Source of the DNA: an uncultured virus (IMG/VR IMGVR_UViG_2049941000_000847) | Lineage: Duplodnaviria; Heunggongvirae; Uroviricota; Caudoviricetes | IMG/VR virus record: IMGVR_UViG_2049941000_000847 | DNA length: 64,000 bases | Strand: one strand, 5' to 3' | Shown: piece by piece, positions 42,892-52,663 of the stretch | Layout: every line of letters starts with the position of its first letter | Numbering within the stretch: the stretch's first letter is position 1 | Made by a program: the position numbers and the translations under genes | The notes under the pieces: generated by a model | Told to the model about the DNA's origin: nothing | Database searches by the model: none | Seen by the model: the letters and a program-made list of their open reading frames with translations, nothing else

Positions 42892-43616
42892 TGCCTATGT
42901 CACAGTTATTCGAAACAATGATCAATCAGGGGTATATACCATTTTTAGAGAGACTCGAGAAATTCCTCAAGTCGAAGGGAAAAGACATTAATGAGTACAC
43001 AGATGAAAGCACTTATGATGAGAGCAGTGATGACATAATATACGTATATAGTGACATACTAAAGGTTGATGGGTTTACAGACTTCATAGAATCGTGTAAT
43101 CTCGTTGATACCGGAAGGGACACTGGGCACCCATTTGCTAGGGAAGCTATAGTTCTGTCTCCAAAAAACAATAACGTTATGTTAAATAGGAGAGATAAGC
43201 GTTTTGAAAATTTTAGTGAGCGCTACAGGAGATCGAAGTTATACCACATATCCTTGCCAAAATACAGAAACAGTATAATAATAAACGGGTTGCGCCCAAA
43301 ATCTAAAAGATTTACTTCCGAGGAAGACTGCAACGAAAATTATGACGGAAGGATATATTTTATAGTGGAAGACTTAATCGGAAGCATGAACGAATATCTT
43401 GATAAGAATATGAGTTTAAAATATNNNNNNNNNNAATCGCTCAAAGACGACATGTCGAAAAAGAGAAAGTATTTCGGGAAATATGACATATGGGAGGTAA
43501 CTCTTCCTGATGGGGTAGAACTTCATCGGGATCCTAAATTTGATGCCGGTGGATTTGTCACATGTAAAATACCACCAAAATTCATAAGATTGGTAAATGA
43601 AGCAAAACTTCACTGA
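42892..43616 (+). CDS. Protein with KptA/ADP-ribosyltransferase-like C-terminal domain
   Basis: LYHIS...SIIINGLRP...GRIYF...IPPKFI; separate from helicase across a 135-nt N run. Confidence 0.55.
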
Positions 43617-44523
43617 GGACAATATCATGTTTTTTCCAAATTTTGTAATGCAAAACAGCAAATTGAGCATTTTATACAAACTCGCTAGAGAGTTGATAAT
43701 CAATAATGGTGTGAATAGCGAAGACATACACGAATATTATGATGCCGCGTTACTCTCGATCAGCGATGACAATAATTACTGCTTTTATCCGAAAATAATG
43801 AATGTTCCCGGCTTCCATGAACTACTCAGAAGAGAAAAGCTGAGAATCGCATTTAAAGAGTCGCGAGATTATGCAGATAACATTAAAGAAGATTTCATTG
43901 TACTGAGGCCGATTGCCAATACAATGCGTGTACAGGTGACTAGGTATTCATTGTCATTTGATAGAATGTTTCATCTGTCCGACATGTTTGTCGTACGTCC
44001 AAGAAAACTAAGGGAAACGATTTCCGTATGTGGCATACAGCCAAGTGTAGAGTATAGGCTAAGAACACGTTGCGGGTTTGAGACTGAAGAAGCACGTATT
44101 TATGCCATCATAGCACGCCGAACTATAGATGACAAGTACGAATACTGTGTCGACATAATGGATAGGGTTATCCGTTGGGCAGTCAATAAATATCATTACA
44201 TGTATGGCGATACCGAGTATGATGTGTGGAACATAAAACTTTCTGGGAACTCTGACATACGAAACGATGCATCATTCCTTTACGGCGGATACACGATTGA
44301 CAGTATTGCGCCGGAGAATCTTACATTGGTAAGTACAATTCGATATAACGAAAAATTTCACGATGCGGGAAAACTCAACGACATAATTCTGAAGCAAAAA
44401 ATGGTGTGTGATGCCTACATGGCTTCGGAAAAACTCAAAAACCTAAAACAAAAACAGAAAACGCTTTTCAAGCACGGAAAAAGAAAAGAAAAAAGACGCA
44501 CAGCACGCAGCACGGTGGTGTGA
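43597..44523 (+). CDS. Divergent paralog of the preceding ART-like protein
   Basis: MFHLS...ISVCGIQP...RIYAI...YDVWNIKL...D....GGYT...IAPENL parallels the upstream gene. Confidence 0.5.
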   Translation: MKQNFTEDNIMFFPNFVMQNSKLSILYKLARELIINNGVNSEDIHEYYDAALLSISDDNNYCFYPKIMNVPGFHELLRREKLRIAFKESRDYADNIKEDFIVLRPIANTMRVQVTRYSLSFDRMFHLSDMFVVRPRKLRETISVCGIQPSVEYRLRTRCGFETEEARIYAIIARRTIDDKYEYCVDIMDRVIRWAVNKYHYMYGDTEYDVWNIKLSGNSDIRNDASFLYGGYTIDSIAPENLTLVSTIRYNEKFHDAGKLNDIILKQKMVCDAYMASEKLKNLKQKQKTLFKHGKRKEKRRTARSTVV

Positions 44524-44634
44524 AAAAATACTATATTATACACGTCGACGGAAACCTGTGCGCCCATATGCCACAGACGGAAGTCACAACAAACCACAAA
44601 TATTCTCCAGTGTGAGAAAGGAAAAGGTAAAGAT

Positions 44635-45675
44635 ATGTCTAGCATGTTCGAGTTGAATTTCGAAAACGAAAAGAAAAACATCCCCAGCCGTACGGAGAAC
44701 CAGAAGGATGATCGCTTCTGGAAGCCCGACGTGAAGAAGACGCCTGATGGCCGATACATGGCCCAGATCCGCATTCTTCCACAGGGCATCGAGGGCATTC
44801 GCGACAAGAAGCCCGTCTTCGTCGAGCAGCACACCCACATGTATCGCGACGAAGCTCACAAGGTGTCTCTGTTCGCCAAGTGCCGCAAGACTCTTGGTCG
44901 CAACGAGCATTGCCCGATCTGCGAAGCCAGCTGGGCGATGTACAACACCAAGCAGCCTGCGATGCAGGAAAAGGCTCGCCATATCCGCGCGTCCATCACC
45001 TACATCGCCAACGTTCTCATTGTGGACGACGACGTCCATCCTGAGAACAACGGCAAGGTTATGCTCTGGCGCATGACCCAGAAGAACTACGAAACCCTCA
45101 TCGCTCCTCTGAACGAGGACACCAAGGCGGAAAACCGCTTTAAGAAGACCCAGCGGTTCGTTCCGTGGTCTCCGATCAACGGTTGCAATTTCAACGTGAT
45201 CGTGACCATTGGCAAGAACGGGTTCCCGGACTACTCCGAATCCTGCTGGGATTCCGAAGGTCTCTCGAACCTCGCCGATGACGATGCCGGTATCGAGGCC
45301 ATCCTCGCCAACTGCTACCAGCTCGACGAATTCCTCGGCGACATTCCCACCGAAGAAGAACTCGCTCGTCGCTATCAGGAATTCTGCGACACGGTCAGCA
45401 GCCGTGAGCAGAGCGCAGTCCTCGCCTCCGTCAACGGCAATGTCAGCATGGAAAACGTGCACGTGGCCGGTGATCCCGTCGGACAGCGCAACGAGGCTCC
45501 AGCGGCTCCCGCGGCTCCCGAACCCGCTGCCAACAAGTTCGACATGAGCGATGGCGCTTCCGTCGCCGCGTTCATGCAGAGCCAGACGAAGACTGTGTCC
45601 CGGGCACCCAAGCAGGCTCCTGCCGCCGCTCCGCAGGTGCAGGGTACCGACGAAGACGACGATCTTCCGTTCTAA
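44635..45675 (+). CDS. Single-stranded DNA-binding protein (T4 gp32-like)
   Basis: DDRFWKP, IRILP, CPICE, YIANVLIVDD.HPENNGKV, GCNF, DY.ES; acidic tail DDDLPF. Confidence 0.92.
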   Translation: MSSMFELNFENEKKNIPSRTENQKDDRFWKPDVKKTPDGRYMAQIRILPQGIEGIRDKKPVFVEQHTHMYRDEAHKVSLFAKCRKTLGRNEHCPICEASWAMYNTKQPAMQEKARHIRASITYIANVLIVDDDVHPENNGKVMLWRMTQKNYETLIAPLNEDTKAENRFKKTQRFVPWSPINGCNFNVIVTIGKNGFPDYSESCWDSEGLSNLADDDAGIEAILANCYQLDEFLGDIPTEEELARRYQEFCDTVSSREQSAVLASVNGNVSMENVHVAGDPVGQRNEAPAAPAAPEPAANKFDMSDGASVAAFMQSQTKTVSRAPKQAPAAAPQVQGTDEDDDLPF

Positions 45676-45691
45676 GAAACGGCAGAAAGAG

Positions 45692-45718
45692 GAAGGGCCC
45701 GAAAGGGCCCTTCTTTTT
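45692..45718 (+). terminator. Rho-independent terminator
   Basis: GAAGGGCCC-GAAA-GGGCCCTTC followed by T tract. Confidence 0.9.
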
Positions 45719-45767
45719 GTGTTTTGGACGGCTGAAAAATACTATATTAATAGCACAGGAGGTCCCA

Positions 45768-46898
45768 TTGGGCGGACACGGACACAGAAGATCCATACCT
45801 GACGACGTTTTGCACGCCGCCGTGCGCGAAGTGCTCGGCAACTGCAAACTTACAGGCGGGAAACACGGAAGACCATACAACTTCCGCTGTCCGATATGCG
45901 GTGACTCGAAGTTCCACAAGAACAAGAAGCGCGGATACATCCTGTACAAGAACGGATCGTGGNNNNNNNNNNAGTATTACAGGGACGTTTACAACAAGAT
46001 CATCTTCTACTCCACGTTCGACAACGAAGATGACAAGGCGCAGCAGGAAGTTGACGAGGAGAAGAAGCTGCCGGCTGGTTCCCCATTCAAGAAAGGCGAG
46101 CTGGTTTCCGTGTTCGACGACAACGAAACGTCCAAGAAGGCATTGGATTACTGCGTGTCCAGACGCATACCGGAATCGGTGTACAAGAGATGGTTCGTGT
46201 GTCTCAAGGGAGAGCAGTTCTTCAACAAGGACGCCACCGGAAAGTACATCTACAACGAGCACGGGTATCCATCCGGAAACGAATATCACGACAGGTTGAT
46301 CATTCCGTATTACAGACTAGACGGGTCGTGGAAGCAGTTCGACGCTCGCGCCCTCGACAACGACGCGTTCCTCAGATACATGAACCTGAAGGACGCTCCA
46401 CGTGAGATGTACAAGGTTGATTTCCTGGACGTGTCGAAGCCGTTCTTCCTTTTCGAGGGGGCGATCGACTCGACGTTCGTGAGGAACTCGGTCGCGTTCG
46501 GAGGAACAAAACACCTCATGTCGTTCCTGCAACAGTATCCGGAAATCCAGGAGCATGCTGAGAACGGCACGGTCGTATGGGACAACGACGACGCTGGAAG
46601 AGACGAGATAATGAAAACCGTGAACCTCGGATTCCGCTGGTTCGATTGGAGTCAGCTCAAGGTCAAGGCGAAGGACATGAACGACCTCGTCAGGAACTGC
46701 AAGTCGGTGGAGCTGGACGACGAGGGGTTCGTGAAGCCTGAATGGTTGATGAATTATTCGAAACCGGCGGCTACCTCGAAGTTCGAGCTCATCATGAAGT
46801 ACGGCGACCGCGAAAAGCAGCGCAGGGAACGACAGGAACGCGTTTGGGAAAACATGAGAAAGAACAGACAAACACAAGGACCAAGGAGTTATTTCTAA
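45768..46898 (+). CDS. DNA primase (T4 gp61-like)
   Basis: NFRCPICGDS...KKRGY, RLIIP, FEGAIDS, WDND, KDMND; TTG after AGGAGG. Confidence 0.92.
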   Translation: MGGHGHRRSIPDDVLHAAVREVLGNCKLTGGKHGRPYNFRCPICGDSKFHKNKKRGYILYKNGSWXXXXYYRDVYNKIIFYSTFDNEDDKAQQEVDEEKKLPAGSPFKKGELVSVFDDNETSKKALDYCVSRRIPESVYKRWFVCLKGEQFFNKDATGKYIYNEHGYPSGNEYHDRLIIPYYRLDGSWKQFDARALDNDAFLRYMNLKDAPREMYKVDFLDVSKPFFLFEGAIDSTFVRNSVAFGGTKHLMSFLQQYPEIQEHAENGTVVWDNDDAGRDEIMKTVNLGFRWFDWSQLKVKAKDMNDLVRNCKSVELDDEGFVKPEWLMNYSKPAATSKFELIMKYGDREKQRRERQERVWENMRKNRQTQGPRSYF

Positions 46899-46899
46899 C

Positions 46900-47547
46900 A
46901 TGGCAACGAAAATCGGAAGGAACGTAAAGGAAGTGTTCGAAGAATGCCTCGAGAGCAAGTTCTCGTTCACGGCATATGATGTTTTCGCGGAAGCGAAGAA
47001 GCGAGGTCGCACCGAAGAATACGACATCGTGGAAAACTGGATGTTGAATCAGGACGTCGGAGAAGGACACTTCAGGCGGATCAACATTACAGATGGCGTC
47101 CGATATGTTCTATACGTGTCGACGACGAAGAAGAACAGCACATACGACGACAGCGAGATTGTAAAGTTCTTGTCCGGGTCTCTGCGCTCAGGCATCAAGA
47201 CGAAGAGCGGGAAGCTGTTCTCTGACAGCACAGACAAAAACCTGAAGATCAACTCCAACGGGATCAAGCTTGGCGCGGTCGGACAGGACAAGAGAATGAT
47301 CGTCAACAAAAACCTTACGACGATGGCCGGGTTCGCGGTAGGAGATACTGTTTACGCGCACGTGGAAAACGGCATGATCGTCATAAACAAGGACAGCAAC
47401 GACGTGTTCGACGCATCGTACCAGGTCCGACAGGATGGCAGGTTCCAGGTTCGCAGAGGCAAGTTCATCCAATATCTCGGAATCAACCCCACTGTCGTCC
47501 GCGCGTTCGTGTCAAAGGGAAACATTTATCTCAAGCCGGAGAAGTGA
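46900..47547 (+). CDS. Protein with tandem AbrB/MraZ-like swapped-hairpin repeats
   Basis: VGQDKRMIV....MAGFAVGDTV...ENGMIVI and VRQDGRFQV.....LGI. Confidence 0.5.
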   Translation: MATKIGRNVKEVFEECLESKFSFTAYDVFAEAKKRGRTEEYDIVENWMLNQDVGEGHFRRINITDGVRYVLYVSTTKKNSTYDDSEIVKFLSGSLRSGIKTKSGKLFSDSTDKNLKINSNGIKLGAVGQDKRMIVNKNLTTMAGFAVGDTVYAHVENGMIVINKDSNDVFDASYQVRQDGRFQVRRGKFIQYLGINPTVVRAFVSKGNIYLKPEK

Positions 47548-47550
47548 GTC

Positions 47551-48114
47551 ATGAACATAATCATCGCTGGCATACAGGGAAGCGGAAAGAGCACGCAGAC
47601 GGACCTATTGGCGCGAGAGATGGGTCTTCTGCCGGTATCCACCGGAACCATGCTCAGGAACATCATGAAGCGGAAACCGGAGATGGTATTGCCGTACACG
47701 GAAGAGCAGTACAAAAACGGAGAGCTGGCTCCCGACGAGGTGGTATTCCGGCTGGTAGAGAAGACGAAGGACATGTTCGACTTCCTGGACACGGCATGGC
47801 CAGGAATGTTCGACGGCATGATCTTCGATGGGTATCCAAGGACGAGCGCCCAGTTGGACCACGTGCTTGACAAGGTCGGTATACACAAGATCGTGTGGCT
47901 GGACTGCGATCCGCAGACGGCGGCAAACCGGCTCATGGAGCGAGGACGCTCGGACGACAACCCAAGGGCGATCGACGCGAGAATGCACGCATACATCGAC
48001 AACACGGTGCCGTTCCTCGAAGAGCTGGAGAAGAAAGGCAAGCTGGTCAGGGTGGATGCCAGAAGGGGAGTCTTCGAGACGAACCTGGACATAAAGGATT
48101 ACTTGGCGAAGTGA
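47551..48114 (+). CDS. adk: Adenylate/nucleoside monophosphate kinase
   Basis: GIQGSGKSTQ, STGTMLR, GELAPD, FDGYPRT, RGRSDD. Confidence 0.9.
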   Translation: MNIIIAGIQGSGKSTQTDLLAREMGLLPVSTGTMLRNIMKRKPEMVLPYTEEQYKNGELAPDEVVFRLVEKTKDMFDFLDTAWPGMFDGMIFDGYPRTSAQLDHVLDKVGIHKIVWLDCDPQTAANRLMERGRSDDNPRAIDARMHAYIDNTVPFLEELEKKGKLVRVDARRGVFETNLDIKDYLAK

Positions 48115-48442
48115 TATTACAGAGGGTGCACATGCTTGAAGAGTTCAAGATCATCGCACACATGCTTTTAATCATGGCAGGGCTCGCTGGCATCGGCATC
48201 ATGGAATGGCTTTGCATGTGTTCGCTGGTCGAAGTGATACGCAATTGGAACAAGGGGGATAGGTAGAATGATGGTGTTAAAGTTCATAAAGTCGATAATT
48301 CGCATTCCGTTTGACGCCGTAATGTGCATCCTTGGTCTCGCTTTTCTCGCCATACTTGTTCTGGCGGAGGACATCGACTGGAGACTGGACTCGATGATGT
48401 GGAAGAGACGGATGAAGAATAAGAAGGAAAGGGGCGGGAATA

Positions 48443-48817
48443 ATGGGGAACCCTGAGAAGAATCCGAATAAAGCCGAGCTGAACAGCAGGCTGTTGTTCA
48501 AAGATTTCAGTGCTATGGTAAAGGACATGGCCGAAAAGCGCGGTGCCGCGGTTGACGACTCCAGCGACTTCCTAACGATCGTCTCCGTTGACAAAACTTC
48601 TGTTCGCAAGGATCTGTTCGCCGTCGCCATAATTGAAGATTGCGTTGGATATGTCGAGGCTACGATCGATTGGGTGCGAGAAAACAACACCGACGGTCAA
48701 ACGTACTGCGAGAAAGTTACCAAGAGGAACAAAAACGCGATTCTGCGAGACATCGAGGAAGTTTTGTTCATTGACGATGTTCCTGGAGACATTCTGGAAG
48801 AGATCGACTACACCTAG
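48443..48817 (+). CDS. Hypothetical protein
   Basis: 124-aa ORF in operon. Confidence 0.5.
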   Translation: MGNPEKNPNKAELNSRLLFKDFSAMVKDMAEKRGAAVDDSSDFLTIVSVDKTSVRKDLFAVAIIEDCVGYVEATIDWVRENNTDGQTYCEKVTKRNKNAILRDIEEVLFIDDVPGDILEEIDYT

Positions 48818-49090
48818 TTAGTCTTTTTCTACACTTTGGTTGAACAGAGCCTTTTGCTTTTGCACGTACTCGCGCAACTGTTCCGTCGGAGATTTTCCGC
48901 CGACTTCCGTGTTGGCCCAGTCCAGAAATATGTCCGCCTCTGTAACGAACGGGTTTACAAGCTTCTCGCAACTTTTCCTAACGGGGCATATTTTGCAGAT
49001 TGCGCCCTTGCACTGCATGTTGCCTTCTTCGCAGACTTCAATGAAGTCTTCCGGCCTAAGCTCGCTCTTCCATTTTTCGAAGTTCGTCAT
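48818..49090 (-). CDS. Small Cys-rich protein (paralog A)
   Basis: TNFEKWK...CKICP...C...FLDWA; GGAGG RBS. Confidence 0.65.
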   Translation of the reverse strand: MTNFEKWKSELRPEDFIEVCEEGNMQCKGAICKICPVRKSCEKLVNPFVTEADIFLDWANTEVGGKSPTEQLREYVQKQKALFNQSVEKD

Positions 49091-49149
49091 TTCGTTTCCT
49101 CCTTAATGGCTTCTGTGGTGTGACGCGAGAAAACAGACTCTTGAACATG

Positions 49150-49383
49150 TTAAATGTCTTCATTGGACTTCCCCCACTTCAAGAAATTCTCATAACAATT
49201 CGTTTTGTCGTAGTTGACAAAACCGTCCGCCTTTATGCATGTAACTCCCTTCGCCGGACATTTGTCGCAACCAAGGGCGAAACAACTGATGCATCCTTCG
49301 GTCGTCAGTGTATCGACCCTAGAGAACATGTCCTCAATAGCCAGGCATTTCTTCCATTTTTCAAAATTGTTTGCATCTGCCAT
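49150..49383 (-). CDS. Small Cys-rich protein (paralog B)
   Basis: NNFEKWK...CDKCP...C...FLKWG. Confidence 0.6.
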   Translation of the reverse strand: MADANNFEKWKKCLAIEDMFSRVDTLTTEGCISCFALGCDKCPAKGVTCIKADGFVNYDKTNCYENFLKWGKSNEDI

Positions 49384-49619
49384 TATTCTTCTCCGAATCT
49401 GATCCTGTTTTCTACATATCGCACAATGTCCAGTGCGGTGTCGATGTGGTTCTTGCAGTCCTTCAATGATAACAGTAGTCTTGCGTCTCCGACGCCGCAT
49501 TCTTTGATGCCGGAGCAGATCTCATCCGGTCGCAAGACAGCCTTGTTCAGAAGGCTCTCCAATGCGATCAGCTGATCGAGTACCGCGGCTTTGTTTTCAT
49601 CCGCTTCTTGCATCCACAT
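49383..49619 (-). CDS. Hypothetical protein
   Basis: Coupled ORF with GGAG RBS. Confidence 0.5.
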   Translation of the reverse strand: MWMQEADENKAAVLDQLIALESLLNKAVLRPDEICSGIKECGVGDARLLLSLKDCKNHIDTALDIVRYVENRIRFGEE

Positions 49620-49626
49620 CTCCGCT

Positions 49627-50922
49627 TTAAACGTCCCGGCCGTTGGAGTACACCATCTTGCAGACCGGGAACCTCAGCGAATAACCGCCGTTCTGGTTCA
49701 CGGTTTCCGAGAAATACTGAACGGTGACGGTCTTTCCGATAAGTTCTTCCGGATGCGCGGCGTAGTAGATGCGCTGCTCGCGAGTGAGACCGGAGCCGAC
49801 ATGCACTTCGCACCCCTTGTGCTCGATGGTGAATTCCTTGAGGATGTCCTTGTAGAGCTTCAGTCCTTCGCCAGGAACGGAGAACGTAAGGTCTCCGAGA
49901 GAGATCGACTTGACGACGTATTCCGCGTCCATGAACTTCTTCACCTTCAGAAGATCCTTTGTGCGACCGGACTTGTACGGAGCGTCCTTGCGAAGCATGA
50001 ATCCTTCCCAGCCGTTCTGCTTGACGAGCCCGACCCACTTGTCGAACTGCTCTTGGCTGGTCATGCGCTCCTGTTCCAGAACGATGATTCCGTCCACTTG
50101 CTGAAGCCCGCGCAGGAACTCGTACCTGTAATTGAAATTCTTTGACGCGGTCTTTCCATAGAACTCCTCTTCGGTCAGGATGTCGAACACGCAGTAAGAA
50201 GGGTTCTCGATAGTATGGTCCTTCCTGCGAACTTCCTTCATTATGCCCTGGAAGTCCTCTTCTCCCTTTTCGTTGATAAGGCAACATTCTCCGTCGAGAT
50301 ACCACGTTCCGACGAGACCGGAGAGCATCTTGAGAACCTTCGGCTTAAGATTGTCCAGGGTTTCGAACACCTTGTTCTGGCGGGAGATGAGAGTGACCTC
50401 CTGTTTGTCGAGGTCGACCTTCGCGACAGTGCGCACGCCATCCAGCTTCCTGGATGCGAAGAACGTCCCGTCGACGGGGTTCACTCCATTGACCTTTTCA
50501 AGATTGAACGCAAGAGCGACTTCGAACTTGTTTCCGGTATCGATCCCGAGCAGCTTCGCATACGTTTCATACGAGACGCCGACGGTGAGGTTCTTGTCAA
50601 GCACCCTGAGAAGCCACTTCTGCGACTCTGCATCGAATCCGGAAATGACTTGTTCGACAAGATCTTTCGCGGCGTTGCCGGTGACCTTTCTAGCACAGAG
50701 ATCCATCAGCATGCCATGGAACGTTCCATAATCGGAGTCGATCGTCATCGTACCGGACGAGGACACCGAAATGTTCTTGGACGTGATATTCCACTTGTCG
50801 TCTGAGCAGGAGTCCTCGAACAACAAGTCGAGGGTCGCGTTTCTCCCAGCCACCAGCGCGGTCCGCTTTTCTTCGAGCTTCCCAGCATGTTCCAGAGATT
50901 CAAGACATTCAATGATAGTCAT
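49627..50922 (-). CDS. ATP-dependent DNA ligase (T4 gp30-like)
   Basis: KLDGVR, LDGE, VFD, EGFMLR, LLKVK, OB-domain VGSG and SLRFP. Confidence 0.95.
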   Translation of the reverse strand: MTIIECLESLEHAGKLEEKRTALVAGRNATLDLLFEDSCSDDKWNITSKNISVSSSGTMTIDSDYGTFHGMLMDLCARKVTGNAAKDLVEQVISGFDAESQKWLLRVLDKNLTVGVSYETYAKLLGIDTGNKFEVALAFNLEKVNGVNPVDGTFFASRKLDGVRTVAKVDLDKQEVTLISRQNKVFETLDNLKPKVLKMLSGLVGTWYLDGECCLINEKGEEDFQGIMKEVRRKDHTIENPSYCVFDILTEEEFYGKTASKNFNYRYEFLRGLQQVDGIIVLEQERMTSQEQFDKWVGLVKQNGWEGFMLRKDAPYKSGRTKDLLKVKKFMDAEYVVKSISLGDLTFSVPGEGLKLYKDILKEFTIEHKGCEVHVGSGLTREQRIYYAAHPEELIGKTVTVQYFSETVNQNGGYSLRFPVCKMVYSNGRDV

Positions 50923-50924
50923 AA

Positions 50925-51191
50925 CTAAAATTCCTCAATTTCTTTGACACCGTTTTCTTCAAAAAGTTCCCACATCTCTTCCGGAGTCAGTACCACCTTC
51001 GTGCCGTGGAATTTGTTTTTATATGTGTCTTCCAGCTTGACGACAAAAGTGAAAACGATACCGCCCCCGAAATCATATGATCTATGGACTGACTTCCCGT
51101 CTGGTTCGCGGCCTGTGTTCCTGAGAACACCGATAAATCTCCCCTCAACGTCCCTCTTCATCGCTCTAACCTGACGTTCCGTCACTCTCAT
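50925..51191 (-). CDS. Hypothetical protein
   Basis: ATGA overlap with upstream stop, GGAGG RBS. Confidence 0.5.
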   Translation of the reverse strand: MRVTERQVRAMKRDVEGRFIGVLRNTGREPDGKSVHRSYDFGGGIVFTFVVKLEDTYKNKFHGTKVVLTPEEMWELFEENGVKEIEEF

Positions 51192-52507
51192 GCAATTCCT
51201 CCAATGTTGAAGATCCCTTCCAAGGAACCGAACGACCTGGTATGCATCGGCTTTCGCAGCTTTTCCGTGTACTTGATGCCGTCGCTCTCGACGTTTTTCC
51301 TGAACGCATCGAAGTGGTCCTTCACGCATTCCTTGGTATTCATGCAGAAATATCCGCGGTTCCTCATCCGCAGCACATCGTCCACGTCGTCTCCGACGAA
51401 CTTCATGCTGTACAACTCTTCAGGAGATGCCAGTTCCACACCAGGATTGTCCATTTCCTTGGACAGCTCGTCCTTCACTTCCATCGGCGAATATGCCAGG
51501 TTGATGAGCTTCTGGTTCCTGATGTATTGGCAGTACCACCCCTCGGACTTCGCGCGGTCCACGTAATCGCCGGACTCGAACATGGCCGTGGCACCGCCGT
51601 CCGACAGCTTGTTTTTCTTCCCCGGGAGAGCCATGCCGTTGATGTTGTCGGAATTGTCTCCCTTGAGGATCTTGATCTCCAGGAAGTCCTTCGCGTTGGG
51701 GCATTCCGTCATGTTCTTTGAGACGTGGTTGTAGATAACGAGTTTCGGGTTTGTGAGGAGCTGGTTCATGTCGCTGTCTCTTGTGACCAGCACGATCGAA
51801 TCGTATTCGTCCTTGTATTTGTCCACCGCGACGTATGCCACGTCGTCTCCCTCGGCCTTTTCGTATCCGACCACCTTGGCTCGGATGAGAGGGGCGATTT
51901 CGTCGATGAAAGAATCCTTCACGGCAAGCCAGTCCTTCTTTTCGACATTGAGCTCCCACTTGGAAACGGAGCGCTTCCCCTTGTAGACAGGGAGCAGTGG
52001 ATACCCGTTGGGGAGTTTGTATTCCCAGAACATCCTCTGCTTCTCCGGAGGCATGTCCTTCAGTTTGCGATGCTTTTCCGGAAGAATGGAGGAGTCCTTG
52101 ACAGGGTTCTTCTCTTCCACGAGGATCTCGTCATCGGGTCCTTTCGTGAGAACGTACAGGCGGTTGTCAAACCTTACGTAATACGCCTTGTCGTCGTAGT
52201 AGATTTCGGTGTTCTCCCCGTAATACTGTCTGACGTAGTCGTGCCGCCACCCATTTTTGCCCTCGCGGGTCAGGATGACATCCATTGGGTTGAACAGCTT
52301 GATGATGTGGATCATCTCGTCGAACATCATCTTCTTCCAGATTTCGACCTCCTCTTCTGCGTTTTCGGCACCGATTAGAGTACCGTTGCGCTTCCTGGCC
52401 GGAATGGAATGAATCATGTGGTAGGACAGACTGGACCAGTCCACGATAAGCAGTCTATTGTCCGAACTGGGATACGACGAAAGCTGCTCGATTGTGTTAA
52501 GTTGCAT
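51188..52507 (-). CDS. T4 RNase H-like 5'-3' exonuclease
   Basis: LIVD, WR, YKGKR, EGDD, TRDSDMNQL, ILKGDNSDNI. Confidence 0.9.
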   Translation of the reverse strand: MQLNTIEQLSSYPSSDNRLLIVDWSSLSYHMIHSIPARKRNGTLIGAENAEEEVEIWKKMMFDEMIHIIKLFNPMDVILTREGKNGWRHDYVRQYYGENTEIYYDDKAYYVRFDNRLYVLTKGPDDEILVEEKNPVKDSSILPEKHRKLKDMPPEKQRMFWEYKLPNGYPLLPVYKGKRSVSKWELNVEKKDWLAVKDSFIDEIAPLIRAKVVGYEKAEGDDVAYVAVDKYKDEYDSIVLVTRDSDMNQLLTNPKLVIYNHVSKNMTECPNAKDFLEIKILKGDNSDNINGMALPGKKNKLSDGGATAMFESGDYVDRAKSEGWYCQYIRNQKLINLAYSPMEVKDELSKEMDNPGVELASPEELYSMKFVGDDVDDVLRMRNRGYFCMNTKECVKDHFDAFRKNVESDGIKYTEKLRKPMHTRSFGSLEGIFNIGGIA

Positions 52508-52663
52508 TTGGTGTCCTTTGGCGTCCTGGTCGACCACCTATAATATAGTATTTTTCGACTGTACATGGCATGGTAGGACCGGTCCTGCCTAGAAAAATGT
52601 GGGGGACTTATATACCTAGTTCCGCCAAAAAACCTATATTATATCCAGAAAACCAAAATAACA

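Noticed and set aside
41289..43616. Helicase-ART fusion suggested by the 775-aa ORF
   Set aside because: Joined only through a 135-nt N run, and base composition changes across it
44561..44571. CGCCCATATGC shared between the SSB leader hairpin and the tRNA-like loop at 10471
   Set aside because: An 11-nt match is expected by chance in 64 kb
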